A DNA stretch of 64,000 bases, from NCBI RefSeq assembly GCF_964204865.1, contig NC_135258.1, forward strand, positions 16,960,916 through 17,024,915, in the 5' to 3' direction. The stretch is from Styela clava. Lineage: Eukaryota. Below are positions 45,961 to 60,167 of this stretch, piece after piece. The notes beneath the pieces are model-generated. The model did not search any database and was not told where the DNA came from. It saw only the letters and a list, made by a program, of their open reading frames with translations. Position numbers and translations under genes: made by a program. The number at the start of each line of letters is the position of its first letter. Position 1 is the first letter of the stretch.

Positions 45961-48900
45961 AGTTGACAATATGGAAAAATATATATAATAGAAGCTATAG
46001 CCAAACTAATTATAGTTGGAGTCTCCTTCTGCGGAATTGATCAGTTAGAAGTTGCTAAGTTGGATGCATGAAAAGGTGGGCTAGTCCGCTTCACTCACCA
46101 AATTAAAGTCAAAATGATCTAAATTAGAGATCAGATTATATCAAATACAGTATTATCAATCAGTATAAGTAATTAAAAATAATTAAGGCAGTATGATACT
46201 GAGGTAGGAGAATAGGTTATGCCTGTTATGGGAATATATATTAACTTTTTTTACTGGATGGAAAAAAATAAACTTGACTATGACTATATGGAACGGTTCA
46301 AGAAAGATTTTACCAACTATAGCCATGGGCATAGAAATATAATTCAGGTCGATGACAGGGGTCAGTTTAAATTTATCAGAGATGATTCACCGTTATTGTT
46401 GAATAAGCTATCTGTTAAATTTACGGTTAAATAGATTTGACCAATGACATTAAACAACATGATGCGCAACTTCGGCATTTTTGGCCGAAGATCGTATCCG
46501 ATAACACGCTCCAATGCACATACTTGACGAGACGAAAACGAGCGGATGTGTGCTGCTTTCAGGGCATAGCACGAATGGTGTTCGTGCCAGCTTTGACAGT
46601 TGTTGTCGATTTTAATGATATCTTGGAAAGTTGAGTTAAAAAGAAATCGGAAAAAGATAAGGTAAATACTATTCCGTATATCACACCCGGACATCGCACT
46701 GTTAAGTACATGTGGGAAAGCCAGCTTTTTCAAATCATATGAAGTTATTAATTCAGTACGGTACGTAGTTGCCCATTTGCCGAAATTGCATATTTACTTA
46801 CCACTTATGGTTTCAAATAGTTCATGCACCTCCATTTAGATTTTTCTAACCAATGAGGATATATACTCATTGCTGTAACATATTGTTCATTCACTTTTAT
46901 TTGCGTATTGAATCAAAGGGTTAACAAGTTCACCTAACATTTCACTCATACCGGTCTATATTGTATAGTCTGATCTTTCAAGTATATGGAGCCACGAATG
47001 CTTGTAATTTTCGGATTAAACCCCTTTATTAAAAAAAAATTTTACATGAGATATTGGATTTATTAGCTTCTCCATTCTAAATCATATAGATTGCTTTATT
47101 TATTCTTGACGAAAATTAATAAATCTTCTCTCTTTCTCAGATGTGAATGTTGGGGACAAACCTGTCCAAGCATTGTGAGATTCCTGCAGCACAAGAGGCA
47201 ATAGCAAAAATAGTAAGTATATCAATCAAAAAATTAAACCGACATAAAGCAAAACTTTCTACTATTCGTCTAACCTCAATTTCTCATTATTTATTCACAG
47301 GACAACTGTAGCAGAAGGGGAGATACCAGAAGTCTGGCAAAATATCAGTGACAGTGTGATTCCAAGAAATATACCTAGAATACTCCATAAATGTTTGCAA
47401 CAGAAGAACAACCTATGGAGACATGCAAAGACATTTGACCCTCCGGTAGAGTTGTGTATGGCCCCCACATCCTGCAGGGCTTGAGGAAAATAACTAAAAA
47501 TTCCAAAGCGTAAGATTGCATAAACGGTCTTATTTGTAAAAGGCACAAAACACGCCAGACATACTTAAAACAGCTTTGGAAATGTAGATTACGGGTCACT
47601 CACTACACCTGTGTTAGAATTGGTTCATCAACTTTTGGTAGTACTATAAAAGAAGTTCAGGGAAGGGTATAATCATGATTCACGATAAAATACTATTCAA
47701 TATTTCTGCATTTCTCAAAATTCTGAAGCACATTGTTTAATTTGTCATATTTCCATCAGTTCAATGAAAAAACACAATAAGCTCAGCAGCCAATATGACA
47801 AATTCAAAGACCAACTTCGAACAGAAAATTTCCATGTGTTTGTATATTAATATAATTATACAACGATTTAGTTACTAAAAATCAATATCAATAATAATTC
47901 AAGCAATCCTATGCCACGCAATGTGGCGCGCAATGTCTTCTGTCATTCTGTCATTTGTTTGTTTACTGATCTATACACTTTTTTGCATTACTGGAATTAA
48001 TTAAGCATTCTCAAAGATCCAAATTAACTCATAATCATGTGACCTCGTTAGTTAGAGTTGGTACCATAAAATCATTTCATATGCTGGTGACACAAAAAAG
48101 ATGCCAAACGTCAGGACAAATGTAATTAAGTAAACATTGAGTTTATACTGTAGTATTTTTGTTAATTTTAGGTCTATATATTTAGATTAAGTCATTTTTA
48201 ATGTATGCATGATTCTTTACTTAGCCAAAGCTTGTTCAAAAATGATTTTGATGGTTGAAAATCGAATTTTATAATTTTTTGTAATAAATACAGTAACTTG
48301 CAATAATAGTGGAATGCAAATATTAATATGTAATTGCATTTGAAATTAAAGAAAATATTAAAACTTAATCCAACTGTTTAACTGCATCACAATATATGTC
48401 ACAAACTAAAACTATCTTAAAAATATATTTCAAGTATACATTATCAAAATCTGTTTACGGCCCTTTTCACAATTTCCAAAATGCGATGCGGCATATTGTA
48501 TGACTTGTATTGTAACTTGTATTTGCTGTCGCAATGTATTATCTCAATGTCAAACTTTTAATTAGTGTGCATATTTAGCTTCCAGGTGACATAAATGTAT
48601 TGTCTTGTTTATTACCTCCGCTTGGAGTATTGACAAGAAAAAAATACCAGTAGCCCAAATTACGTGAAACTTTTTTCAACTCTATGTTATAATCAGAATT
48701 CACATTTAATAGGAAATATAAACAGCCAACAATCAATGAGAACTATATGCGAAATTTCTCAGATTAAATTTGTCTTCTAAAATCGGAGGAAGGCAAAACA
48801 TATAGGTAGTTTCCATTCACACAAGTCTTTCAAGAAGACTTGCTCGAGCCAAACTAGATGAGCATCATCAGGTGATCGGTAAGGCTGCAAGTTGAATTCA

Positions 48901-49934
48901 GCCCTGCAACCTCCTACATAGAAGATAACATTAATTAGTGGGCTATGAGCTAAATTCCTAAATTTAGACACAAACATATGTACGAGGCAATATGTACCAC
49001 CAATGTTACCTACGATAAACTGAATATGTAATATGCCTAATAAATTCACCTACTAAAGCAAGTTCGATGGGTGCAAACTTTGTGTTATGGAACTGTATCA
49101 CAGCACCGTTAAGAAAAGTATAAACAGTTTTGCTGTTTTGTATGACACCCTCTTTAATTGAAATTTCAATGTTTAAGTGCAAACATTAAAATTAGTAACT
49201 TTGAACTCTGTCATTATCTGCAAAATGTTCCGCACAAAATCTTTACACTATCGCGTTTGTAATCTTCTCTGATATAAAAAAAAAACGTCTATTATGTCCA
49301 GAATTACTCTTTACAGCTAGCTTGTCTGCCATTCCAGCTTTCCAAGTGAGCAAAACTTCTTAGATATAATGATTATTCTCTTTTTGTACAGGCGCAAAAA
49401 GGCAGGTACTACACGTAAAGAAGGCGCCAAGTAGCAAAAGCGAATGAAAAACGGTCGCGAAAGGCGACGCTAACTATGTGCATTGGAGCGTATCATGAAA
49501 TACAATCTTTCGCATGTAGTCTTATGGAGTGACGTCAGAGTTGCCTATCATGTTGTTTAATGTCATTGATTTGACAAATTTCATCACGACACGACCTGAA
49601 AAACGAAAAATAATATTAAGAAACAACAAAGGCTACTAAGGTGAAGGCATACTTGAGATGAAAAAAGTATTATTACAAAAGTTGCAAGCGACCGATGACG
49701 TGCTACGATCTATAAATATTTATGGGTCCTTGCGAAAAGATGTTCGATTTGAAACATTCCAGGTCAACAATCCTCACCGTCTTACTCAAATTATAGTCAG
49801 TTGTGACATTTCCTAGATTCAATAACCACAGTTTTGTCTTTTAATTACCTAACAATTAGCTCATTCTAAAATCAAATCGCTAAATTGAAAAAAAAATAGA
49901 GCAACTTTATCTGAGGATTATACTTATCTCAAAG

Positions 49935-50145
49935 TTAGACGGGAATCCCCGGGCACATCCGGGACTCTCACGCTTGTCGACATGGCATATTACCCTGCGT
50001 GACCCGCCGGCACCAATTATGTACGCAAAATGTGTGACGTGTTACGCATTTACTCTTCGATTCGGGATTTCAGTCTCGATTGTCGATCTCATCTGCTGGT
50101 ATGTCGAAGTCAGGATGCCCGGGTTTTTCCGTGTCAATGTTCTTA
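49935..50145. repeat. GC-rich hairpin/MITE-like inverted repeat
   Basis: GACGGGAATCCCCGGGCACATCCGGGAC … GTCAGGATGCCCGGGTTTTTCCG. Track ORF 49974-50177 lies within it. Confidence 0.35.
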
Positions 50146-50376
50146 TTCAATTCCGAATTATGTTATTGTTATGTTAGCACCTTTATGAAAATAATTTTAG
50201 GTTTACTGATGCTGCAGTTGAGCATTGCTTGGATATGGAAATTAAGTTAATGCTTTAATGATAACGCTGTTCTGCTGTTTGCAGTGCAATGACAGAATGA
50301 GTTGAAATTAAGACACCAGCAGAATTAAGCTAGCGCATTTGTTTCATGTCTGCTTGTGTGTGGGAATAGTGTAATG

Positions 50377-51178
50377 CAGCGGTTCCCAAACTATGGGTCG
50401 CGACCCACTGGTGGGTTGCAAAAGGAATCTTAGTGGGTCAGGAAAAGATGTAGAAAGCTTTGACTAATTATACTGGTTATTACAGTATTAGGATCGGTGG
50501 CGACTCGAATACGTAAATCTTCAAAAAAACAAATTAAATTGAATTTAAATTCTAATCTGGCAAAGCTTCCCTCTTTACGATCTTCTCAATGAACAAAAAT
50601 TTGCTGCTAAAAAATGTGGCTTTTTCTCGCATAGCAAGTTGGTACACTGTACAGCACTTCTTACCGTGTTTCTTCGAAATTTAGTCAGGATTTAGATTTA
50701 TTTTCTTTTGAAGAATGACACTATGGTTTTTTTTTGGAAGAGGTCTTTTGAATTCATTTATCAAAAATAAAATTACATTGTAGAAAATCACGAGATTTTT
50801 TAATGAACATTATATAAAAACCGACATCCATTGTTTTTATTTGTATTTCCTATACAAAAATCAAGTGACAAATATCATAATTGTGATATCACACAAACTT
50901 GAATAGTGGTGCGATCTCCACCTTACCTCAGGTCATTTAACTATTCCTCTCCCACACATTTTAAATTTATTTTAAGGGAAGGGTTTAATTAAAATCATTT
51001 TTAAAATTCGAATTAGGTCTTATTTTCAGGCCAGGTCTTATTTTCGAGGAAACACGGTAGTTTTACGATGATTAGCCATTGCTGTGTTCTGTGTTATGTT
51101 ATAATAAATTTAAATGGGTCGCCATAAGCTGTGGTAATAAACAGTGGGCCGCAACTCTAAAAAGTTTGGGAACCACTG
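50377..51178. mobile_element. MITE (0.8 kb), GGTTCCCAAAC-type TIRs, same superfamily as 40557-42430
   Basis: CAGCGGTTCCCAAACTATGGGTCGCGACCCACTGG … CAGTGGGCCGCAACTCTAAAAAGTTTGGGAACCACTG. Confidence 0.6.
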
Positions 51179-51899
51179 GTGTAATGTATACTGTACATGA
51201 CAACGTTGTGGATTAAGATTGTGAAAGTACAGAAGTAGGGTGTCAGAGTCAGGGTGTAGGAGTAGGATGCAATGCATCTAACATAATACACCTGTCTGCC
51301 TGTACACAGACATACAGATACAAATAAAATTTTGACTGACTGATTCCTGGATTTTCTCTGTTTTTATTTATTTGTTTTTATCAATTATTAATTATTGTAT
51401 CTGTATATAGTCAGATAGTTCAGATTTATTGTTCGGGAAAGAAAGGAGAAAACATTTTATGAATAGGTTAATCTTTTTTTTGGTGATGGGGAGGAATTTT
51501 TTTGAGTTTTTGCATGCATTCAGGTCATTCAGTCATTGGTATACTGGTATATAACAAACATACAATATTTAAATTGCTGAATTGCCTAAATACATGAAAT
51601 ACATATTTCTGTATTTGTTATGTTTGTATGTAGCGAATAGCTAATGTGACAAAAGTCTACTACAAAATTTTTATGAATTCAGGAATTTCAAAATGTTACT
51701 TGACAATCATATATTCAATACTTTCTGACTTCAGCAATAACACTTCTTTATTTTACAAATATTACAGGTGGATCCGGAGATAATATTATACCGTAGCCTT
51801 CCAATCAATCTATATTGGTTATTATCAGTGAATTCACTGTATCCTGGTATCTGACAAATTTGGTCAGATCTGATCCAATTGTTGACGAACAACAACATA

Positions 51900-51994
51900 A
51901 TGTTTGGAATGGAATCAAATTCTGCTTCACTGCTTGCGTTTGCAGCAGTTGTGGTTATTGGTGCTGTTGTCATGTATTTGGTGTCTTTATTCAG
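51900..51994 (+). CDS. kinectin/RRBP1-like protein, exon 1 (start, N-terminal membrane anchor)
   Basis: First ATG at 51900 (the track start 51879 is TTG); alternative ATG at 51909. MFGMESNSASLLAFAAVVVIGAVVMYLVSLF(S) is a signal-anchor TM, as in kinectin/RRBP1 N-termini. Donor TTCAG|GTATGT, phase 2. Confidence 0.6.
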
Positions 51995-52327
51995 GTATGT
52001 GCAAATTAGAATTTTCATGAAATTTTGTTCGTATAATAGCAATTGTTCACATCTTTCTCTCCAAACACTTCACAAGTACCACTGATATCTAATGATTTTT
52101 GCTATGAAACAGACTTTTCTTTTTATTAAATATGGCTCACTCATAGTGTTTGTTTGTACACTATCATCGACCAATAGTTGTGTAAGAATATTTGTAAGTG
52201 ATTTTTATGTAGTTATGGTATGATAATCCTTTGCCATTCAGTATATCATTTCTTGTATTTTCTTCTTGTAGTATTTCAAGCTACAATGTATTAGATTATA
52301 TTTTATCGCATTTTTCTTGCATTTTAG

Positions 52328-52464
52328 CATGAAAGAGACTCGTTTTGAAGATGTTCTTGAGGAACAGAGGAAAAAGAAAGAAAAGGAAGACAGAGAGAGA
52401 TCAATGCATAACAAACAGAAACGTGAACAATACAAGAAAAAGTTCAATGAAAAGAAAAAGAAAA
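52328..52464 (+). CDS. kinectin/RRBP1-like protein, exon 2
   Basis: Acceptor cattttag|. (S)MKETRFEDVLEEQRKKKEKEDRE… matches kinectin MKETLYDEVLAKQKREQK and RRBP1 SMKETSYEEALANQRKE immediately after the TM. Donor AAAA|GTATGT, phase 1. Confidence 0.75.
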
Positions 52465-52602
52465 GTATGTACTTCCAGTACAAATTTTGTTTTGATCTTG
52501 GCTAGAATTGAATATAAAGCCATCTAAATTTGCTTTGAAATTTTCACAAAATGCTATTTTTCTATAATATGATAAGGTAAAAGTTTTCATTTTCAATATC
52601 AG

Positions 52603-52919
52603 CTCCTGTTGGAAATGGCAAGGTGGAAAAAATTGACAGTAGTGTGTCCCCAATGCATGAAGTACAGATCAAGGAAACCCCTCAAGTTGAGACCGGAAGT
52701 GGTGAACCTGCTCCATTGGAACAAAAGAAGAATAAGGGAAAATCTAAGAAGCAGGAGACTCCGGCACCCCAGCCTAAACAGGACAGCCCCAAACAGTCCA
52801 ACCCGATTCTGAAACCTGCACCTGAGAAACCTAAGAAGGAAACGGAGGTCAAACAAACTGCTGCTACTGAAGTAAAAGCTGAACCACAGAAGAAGAAAGA
52901 AGCTGGACGTACTCGCACT
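52603..52919 (+). CDS. kinectin/RRBP1-like protein, exon 3 (Lys/Pro/Glu-rich region)
   Basis: Acceptor caatatcag|. …KVEKIDSSVSPMHEVQIKETPQVETGSGEPAPLEQKKNKGKSKKQETPAPQPKQ…. Donor ACT|GTGAGT. The track start 52623 is GTG. Confidence 0.75.
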
Positions 52920-54914
52920 GTGAGTTAATTTGATTTTATTTTTCCAATTCTTATTTATGTGGTGTCCAACTCTTTCGATGCTAAGAATTTTTATACAGTA
53001 ATACTTTGATATAGATTGAAAACCCTCATTGTAGAAATTGGGATATTATTTAATACTGTGATACAATATCAGAAAATTCCACTATTGAGATGGGAGTTAC
53101 ACAAGACTGACTCTCGATCCGTATGCAAAAAATATAAGGATGCTGTAGCAGGAATAAACATGATTATGCTATGAAATTTGAGAGACCTGCTGAACATAAA
53201 CACGAATTTACTTCTGTAATGTTCCATTCAACCAAAGTCGTACTTTTTCAGACAAGCAGTTTACAACAATGACCAACATACAAGATTTAAGGGAATTTGC
53301 AAAAATTTATTATATTGTGCCAATGCGAATAAAAATTTTATATAAAATTATATATTACATAATATTTAAATCTTAGCGAACAAGATTGTCAATCATTCAA
53401 TCCTATAATACACATATCATGGATGGGCTATTTAATATAGAAAGTTTGTGAATGAGTAAGAATTATGTCATCCTTATTTTACATAGGAAACAGACTTCCT
53501 TTCGTTATTCTTAGAAATCATTTTCTCACGTTTCTTGTGGCTAAATAATTAATCAATATTGGATTCAGTATACCGTCCTTAAGCAAAGATTGATATTCGC
53601 TCAAAATTTATGGCAGTTTGGTAATATTGTTTTGTTTGGATTGTAAATATCAAACATGGTAAAATTTGTTACATTTCATCGTTAATATTGTAATTCAGCT
53701 CACTTGTATTTTTGGTAAATGAATCTTACTTTGGATATAAATGATATAGCTTTATAAATGCAAATTTAAATTCCCTAAATTCACAGAATAAATGTTCCGT
53801 TCTAGCAATTTTTATATAGAATGCAGCCATGTACCGAGTGTTCTCTTTTAGTTTGTGAGTATCAAATAAAAAAAAAATGATATTTTAGTTAAACATACAA
53901 TTATTTAAATGCAATACTGTCCACACACCTAACCATATCTTCTGAATAATATGGTAGGTTATATCAATTATGCGTAAGCATTTATGACAACAATTATTAC
54001 TCAACTATCATTATAGACATTGCTATTTAGAATGGATAATGTAATGCTAAATATATATTCGTATAATATGTCACATCCACAAGAAATGGGGTATGTGTGG
54101 CCCATGCCAAAGTGATACAATTCTACTGTATGCTATACTTGAATAGCATGATGTTTTCTATATTGATAACACTTGTTAGCATGCATTGTTTGTTTTTCAT
54201 ATATTATACCTGACAGATGCTCTTCATATTATGTAATTGGACATAAGTGGCTGAAGTGCTAAGCTTCATTTGGTTATTAATAATGATTGATAATTGTTCC
54301 ACTAATGATCTAAATTGGGCACTTGTTAGTCTGCAATATTTATTCTTATTCTAATAATTAAAGGATTAAATATACACCTGACCTGAATTTAGTGGATTGT
54401 TGCCTATACTGTTGCCTGATAAATCATAAGCAAAAGATATTATTGACACATTGTATTTATTAAGACCTGACATTATGAACGAAAATATGATGTCAATGAA
54501 CAAAAACCTTTCAATAATTGGTTATGGTTTGCATTATAGCTCTCTATCCGTTGTTTGTTATAATTATCTTATTAAGTAGTGTTTAATGTGACTCAGATTA
54601 TTCGCATGAACTAACTACTTGGGCCGCATGAATTGACTGCAAATTGGGTCACATTGCTATCACACCATTTGTGACAATTAGGCTGGCCATCACTTTGGCC
54701 GCATAAGCTGACATCAGTTGACAGCACATAGTGACATAGGCTGACCATCACTTAAGAGTGACATTGTAAGCTGGCCATCACTTGAGTCACATAGGCTGAC
54801 CGATACAATTAAACTATCATGCAGAACAAAACTTTGGATAATTTACCAGTTGTTTTGTAAATTTGATTTTTGAAGTTGAGTTTAATTTTTTCTAACACTT
54901 TTGTTTTCTTCAAG

Positions 54915-55008
54915 GTATCATTCAGTGATGAAGTACAGGATAAACAGAAGAATGAAAATGAACAAGAGAAAAGTAAGAAGAAGAAAAAGAAACCTGTGGA
55001 ACCTGAAG
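54915..55008 (+). CDS. kinectin/RRBP1-like protein, exon 4
   Basis: Acceptor ttttcttcaag|. VSFSDEVQDKQKNENEQEKSKKKKKKPVEPE. Donor GAAG|GTATGA, phase 1. Confidence 0.65.
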
Positions 55009-56699
55009 GTATGATTATTCCATCGCAATAGCTAAATAAATTTGTAGCCAGACTACTTTTTGGTTTCAATTTAACAAGACATCTGTAGTCAAAATTACAG
55101 AGTTGAAATCCATATTGCACCCGTTGCAATATTGATAAAATTAGACTGTACCTGATATCATAATTATGGTAAGCCAGTGCATATGAAAAAAATCAACATT
55201 TGGGCTTCATGCAGTTTTAAAAATTGAAATTAAATAGAATGCCCTTCTAGTAACTGCTTTCGTCTTCAAATAAGGGAAATTGAAATTGATTGTCTATTAT
55301 TTGCAGGAAAAAGATTATATTTTCTACAACCAAAAAAGCAACAACAAATTAATAAAATAATCTGTAGATCTGTCTCGATAAGGGGCTGTGTGATATTTCG
55401 AGGTTCCATATCCCCAACTAGACACGGCGATATTACATTGGTAAACTAACCCAAATCACTTTTTTCAGATTCTTGAAATAATTGTTGTTCATAGGGATAA
55501 TTTATATTGTTAATCAGTGTTCACTATTAGCGCACTTTTTTGCGAAAATTGCGAAGCACTTTCGCAACTTTTTTTAGGGACTGCGAAATAGCACTTTTTT
55601 CCGATTTTGAAGAGAAATAGCACTTTTTTCCGATTTTGAATGGAATAAAAATTCAAAGTTAACAAATATTTTCGAGTATTAAGTTGACAAATAAGTAACA
55701 TACTGGTACTTTTGTAACTCAATTCTGCATATCATAACGATATTTACCGGAATTCTAACCTATGAGATGCAGACATAGGATATAAAGCTTTTGCATTAAC
55801 AGCAAAATCTTGTTTATAATATGATTATTATACAAGCACACGGATTCCGCTTCTCCCGCAAAAAACGCTTCCCGGGCGTTTCTTTGAACGAGAGTGGTCA
55901 TGTGACTATCAATGATATCGATGAATTCAAAATGACTATAAAAAGTGTTAGTAACCTGTTATAGTCACTTTGGATGAATTGTGACCAAACTGCACTATTT
56001 TCAAATCAGACGAAACTTTTAGCAGCATGTCACAGATTTGCAAAATCAACAAATTCACAAAATACCATTAAGTGCCATTTTATTGTAATCACAATGTTGA
56101 AAGGACGTCATTGATATGCGAGGAGGGGTGGGCAAAATTCAATATTTTTTTAAATCGAATATTTTTAAGGAGTACCGAATAAACGTGGTGGAAACATTAA
56201 AAAATCGGCAACAAAGCCTTTTTACTGGTTAATTCCGTTGTAATCGCTAATTGTTCTTGTCACCGATCGTTTGGCGGCGATATCCAGGTTTTGGGTAATC
56301 TGTATTCCCGTCCTCTCTTTTTTACAAATATGAATTCTTGTGGGTCGGCGGACATCGAAGTTTTATATTTCGGGTTTACCTGTTCGTTCACATCGGCAAC
56401 AGCTGTTAAAGACATTGAGGACTCAAATTAACATTTGCGCTGGCTTTAATATTACCTATCAAGATTTGTAAATTTACCGTCCCAATTTTATGCGAATGGT
56501 AATATTATTGTCCATACCGTGATGCAGATATTTATTAAGACGATAATTAACTTTCTCATGTATTTCTATGGTGATAAACTTCGCAAATCTGAAATTGTGC
56601 CAATCCTGAATGTGGATTTGAAATAGTGATTGAATAATTCGGCTATAAAGGCATTTCTGCGTGGTCATAAGACGAGATGACGTTAATGAACAGCACTTC

Positions 56700-57610
56700 T
56701 TTTACAGGATATTTTACGTATGCGACTTAATGCTAAAAAGATTGGGCTCGAGTGCCTAATAGACGTCAGGCGCTAATTGTAACTAATTCCCTCAAGTTTC
56801 AACGTGTTTTCAACAAAACAATACCCCGGCGATAATTATAGCTAAAATGTTACCGAGCAATTCACAATTTTATTTATGGAATTTGCAAATTCACCAGTTT
56901 CTTGACGATTTTGATGTTGTCACGCCCTAATTATTAGTGCAAAAATACTCCCCTTTCTCCGCGGCGGTTTGACGGGTTCTTTGTTCCATTCTTCAGAAAG
57001 TTCTGACACGGGGATATAGAATACTGAATCCGGAGGGTTGAATCCTTGTCCACTTACTGGTGATTTTTCGTTTTGAAATGCGTGAAACATTTTCTTTTTT
57101 AAATTAAATGACGTTTCGCGGGCTAGAGTTCTCCCCGAAAATGATGTGTTCCAGACGTTAGTTAGACGATAGATAAAACATTAGATTAATAATTTTCGTG
57201 ACGCCCCGTTTTCGAAAATACAAAGTTATATCGCAAAAAAATGCGTTATGATACATTTGGAATGAAACATTATTTACGGTGAATTCAGATCACATTTTAC
57301 TCTCCATGACACCCGGTATCTGAAAATACAGTTGTATCTCGAAAAATGTGTTTTGTTACATTTAAAATAAAACATTTTTGCGATTAATTTAGATCATATT
57401 CTACTTTTCAGGAAACCCGTTTTCGAAAATACAAGGTTATATCGCAAAATGTGTTTTGTTACATTTATTTTGCATTCCCAATAAAATACATATTTTCCCT
57501 AATTAAGGTCGTCGATAAATTAAAAAGTTGCCACACGTTATTTGTATAACGATAATAACTGAAAATTAAGATTTTATAATAGAAGTGAATTTGTCTCAAG
57601 ATGGTATTTT
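56700..57610. repeat. dispersed repeat family D, copy 3, with an internal about 130-bp direct repeat (56805-56940 / 57783-57912)
   Basis: TTTTCAACAAAACAATACCCCG(G/A)CG…AATTTTATTTA(T/C)GGAATTTGCAA…TTGACGATTTTGATG(T/A)TGTCA(C/T)GCCCTAATTATTA occurs twice about 980 bp apart. It lies in the 5-kb intron 4 of the kinectin-like gene. Confidence 0.5.
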
Positions 57611-59560
57611 ACAATTCCTGCCCACAGAAAATAAACACACTGACAGGCTTGGTTATAATTGATATTTGTTTAATTTATTTTACACTATTAATAAACGCGC
57701 CACACCAATTGCGACCATATAAATTGCAGTCGCATCGGTATGGACTGTATGTTTTTGGCGCTCTCAAATTAATAATAATTTTCAACAAAACAATACCCCG
57801 ACGGTCATTAAAGCTGAATTCGTTACCGAATAATTCGCAATTTTATTTACGGAATTTGCAATATCAAGATCTCACTTGACGATTTTGATGATGTCATGCC
57901 CTAATTATTACTGCTTGAATGCCTCAAAATACAGCAAGTGTAAGCATTTTCGACGATAACAGGCGCAACAATTCGTAAACGAGCCTTTATAACGAAATTC
58001 GCGAATGATTTTACCTCTCTCTTGTTTACAATTTTAACATCCCGCCGGCCATGTATGGCCGAATAAAATGTTCACATATTCGAAACATGACTTGGCCAAG
58101 GATGGAAGGGATCACTAAAGAGCTAATAGAAAGTACATACGCGAGGGTATGATATTAATATCGAGAATATTTGAGCATATCACAGGACGGAAATATTTTG
58201 CACCCGGCTGTTTGTTGGCAGAACAACGATACGCTAAAGTTAATTGATCGAATACAGGGAAGTATTTATTTATCATCTCACTTGCGAACATCGAGGTTTT
58301 GGCGGAATTGTACGATCATGTTGTCTTTCTTAAATAATAACTTTTTCAATAAATGTTCATTTTACTTTTGCGTCTTCATTATATGTCTGGTTTTCATTTA
58401 TTTTAAATTCGAAATTGTCCGAAATACTCCAACAGGTGTATAGGTACAATAATAATAGTACTTACCAAAGTACCTACCAGGGAAGTTTAATACACACGAT
58501 GTGTAAAGGGCGTCGTAACTCCCGTTTATTAATTTTAAATTTTTTTACATTCTGCTTAAAAAACAAAGGCAGTCATCTCACGTAACTCTCGCGACCAAAT
58601 CTTTTTTGTTTTGTATGGCATCGTCTTGGCGACGAATTTATTGCCGACTGAATTTTAATTGTGTTTTAGGTTAGTTATTTTCTGTTTGTTGGTTTCTAAA
58701 CTTTACAAACTTGGGTAGCAACTACTATTAATGTGAGATTTGTGCATATGAACGATTGAATATCGGGACTGAATGTCCGATATCTGAGAATGCGTAATTC
58801 TCTTTCAACATTAATTTTCAGGATATCAGCGTTCATGTGGTCGAATAAAAATTATTTATCAAATGGATTGGTATTTCGAGACACTCTCAAAATTATTTGG
58901 GATCCATTATCATATCATTCGTTTATTTTTTATATTCATGTTTTTCTCAAGAATCACCCTCGTTATATTTAGTGTACCTTCGCAAAAGAAAACTCTTTGA
59001 TGTCATCGTTCCTATTAGTGTAATTGAAATATATGGAAACCTCGCAAGTGGCGTTGTGATGCGAATATTTGATACTAGGTCAGCAGCATTACAAAGAGTG
59101 CTATTTATGAATGCTGAAAGTACATGACATTACTAAACATTTTGCCAATATATGATGTTTTCTGCCCGATTTAAACTAACTCGCACGCAAACCAAGGCAT
59201 GTGGACATTTAAAAATTACTTGTCTTTGGGGAAGCTCTGAAATAGTATAATATAAATGTAAATGAGAAATTAGGTCACGCTAGCTCACGAAACGGGAGGA
59301 TTTTCAAAGTGATCTTGTGTAATATTTCGGAGAAAAAAGTTTGAAAGGAAAGTAGGTCAACCTATCTCCTAAAACAGGGGAGTATCCTGCGTAATATTTC
59401 GGAGGGAACGTAGGTTAACCTATCTTTTAAAACAGCGGGTGGCGACTTTCAAAGCGGTTCAAAATCACAAATTAATAATTATCAGATTAGGTTTAGGGAT
59501 GAATCGAAAAGTTGAATTTCTAGCGCACCTAACCCTAATTAGTTGATTGCTATTTATATT

Positions 59561-59586
59561 GGGGGGGGGGGGGGGGGGGGGGGGGG
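59561..59586. repeat. G26 homopolymer
   Basis: TATATTGGGGGGGGGGGGGGGGGGGGGGGGGGATTATT, flanked by a short inverted TAGGGATG/CTAACCCTAA motif. Intronic. Confidence 0.9.
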
Positions 59587-60051
59587 ATTATTTTGCACCG
59601 GATTTGTACAAACGATCCACCCTGTAATTAATATGGTTTCCAGCCGGCCTCCTGTCTGTTAGATGGAAGGAGTAACAAATGTGAAAGTCTTTGCTGTTTA
59701 CGCAAGTAAGCAACTGACACCGTGATACATTGCATGAAAGTAGGTAGGCAGGTGTTAGCAGATGTCATTTCGTTGCCGATGAATTCGCTTGTTTTAATTA
59801 AACACGAATTCGCTTAAAGGGATTCCGTTAACGAAAAGGCTTCTCTTTAATTCATAGTATTAACCGGAGGAGCGCTTTTTCGAGTATCTATGCCGTTTTA
59901 AATGGGTTATATGAAAGGCTAGGGCACCTAACTTGTTAAAATCGGCAAAAGCACTTTCGCACTTTTTTTTTGGACTGCGAAGCACTTTCGCACTCATAAT
60001 TTGCTTAGAGTTAACACTGTTGTTAATTAATATTTATTTATTTAAAAACAG

Positions 60052-60167
60052 TTGAAAGTGAAATTGTCATCCAACTGAGGGAAGCCAATCTTGGTGAACG
60101 TGATGTTAAGAATATTATTACTATGATTAAGCAGAAGTATGGAATTGATGTCGGAGGTGGAAGCAAG
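60052..60167 (+). CDS. kinectin/RRBP1-like protein, exon 5
   Basis: Acceptor aaaaacag|. (V)ESEIVIQLREANLGERDVKNIITMIKQKYGIDVGGGSK aligns to RRBP1 EGEAQRLIEILSEKAGIIQDTW and kinectin SEDEALCVVDLLKEKSGVIQDAL. Donor AAG|GTAATA. Confidence 0.7.
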
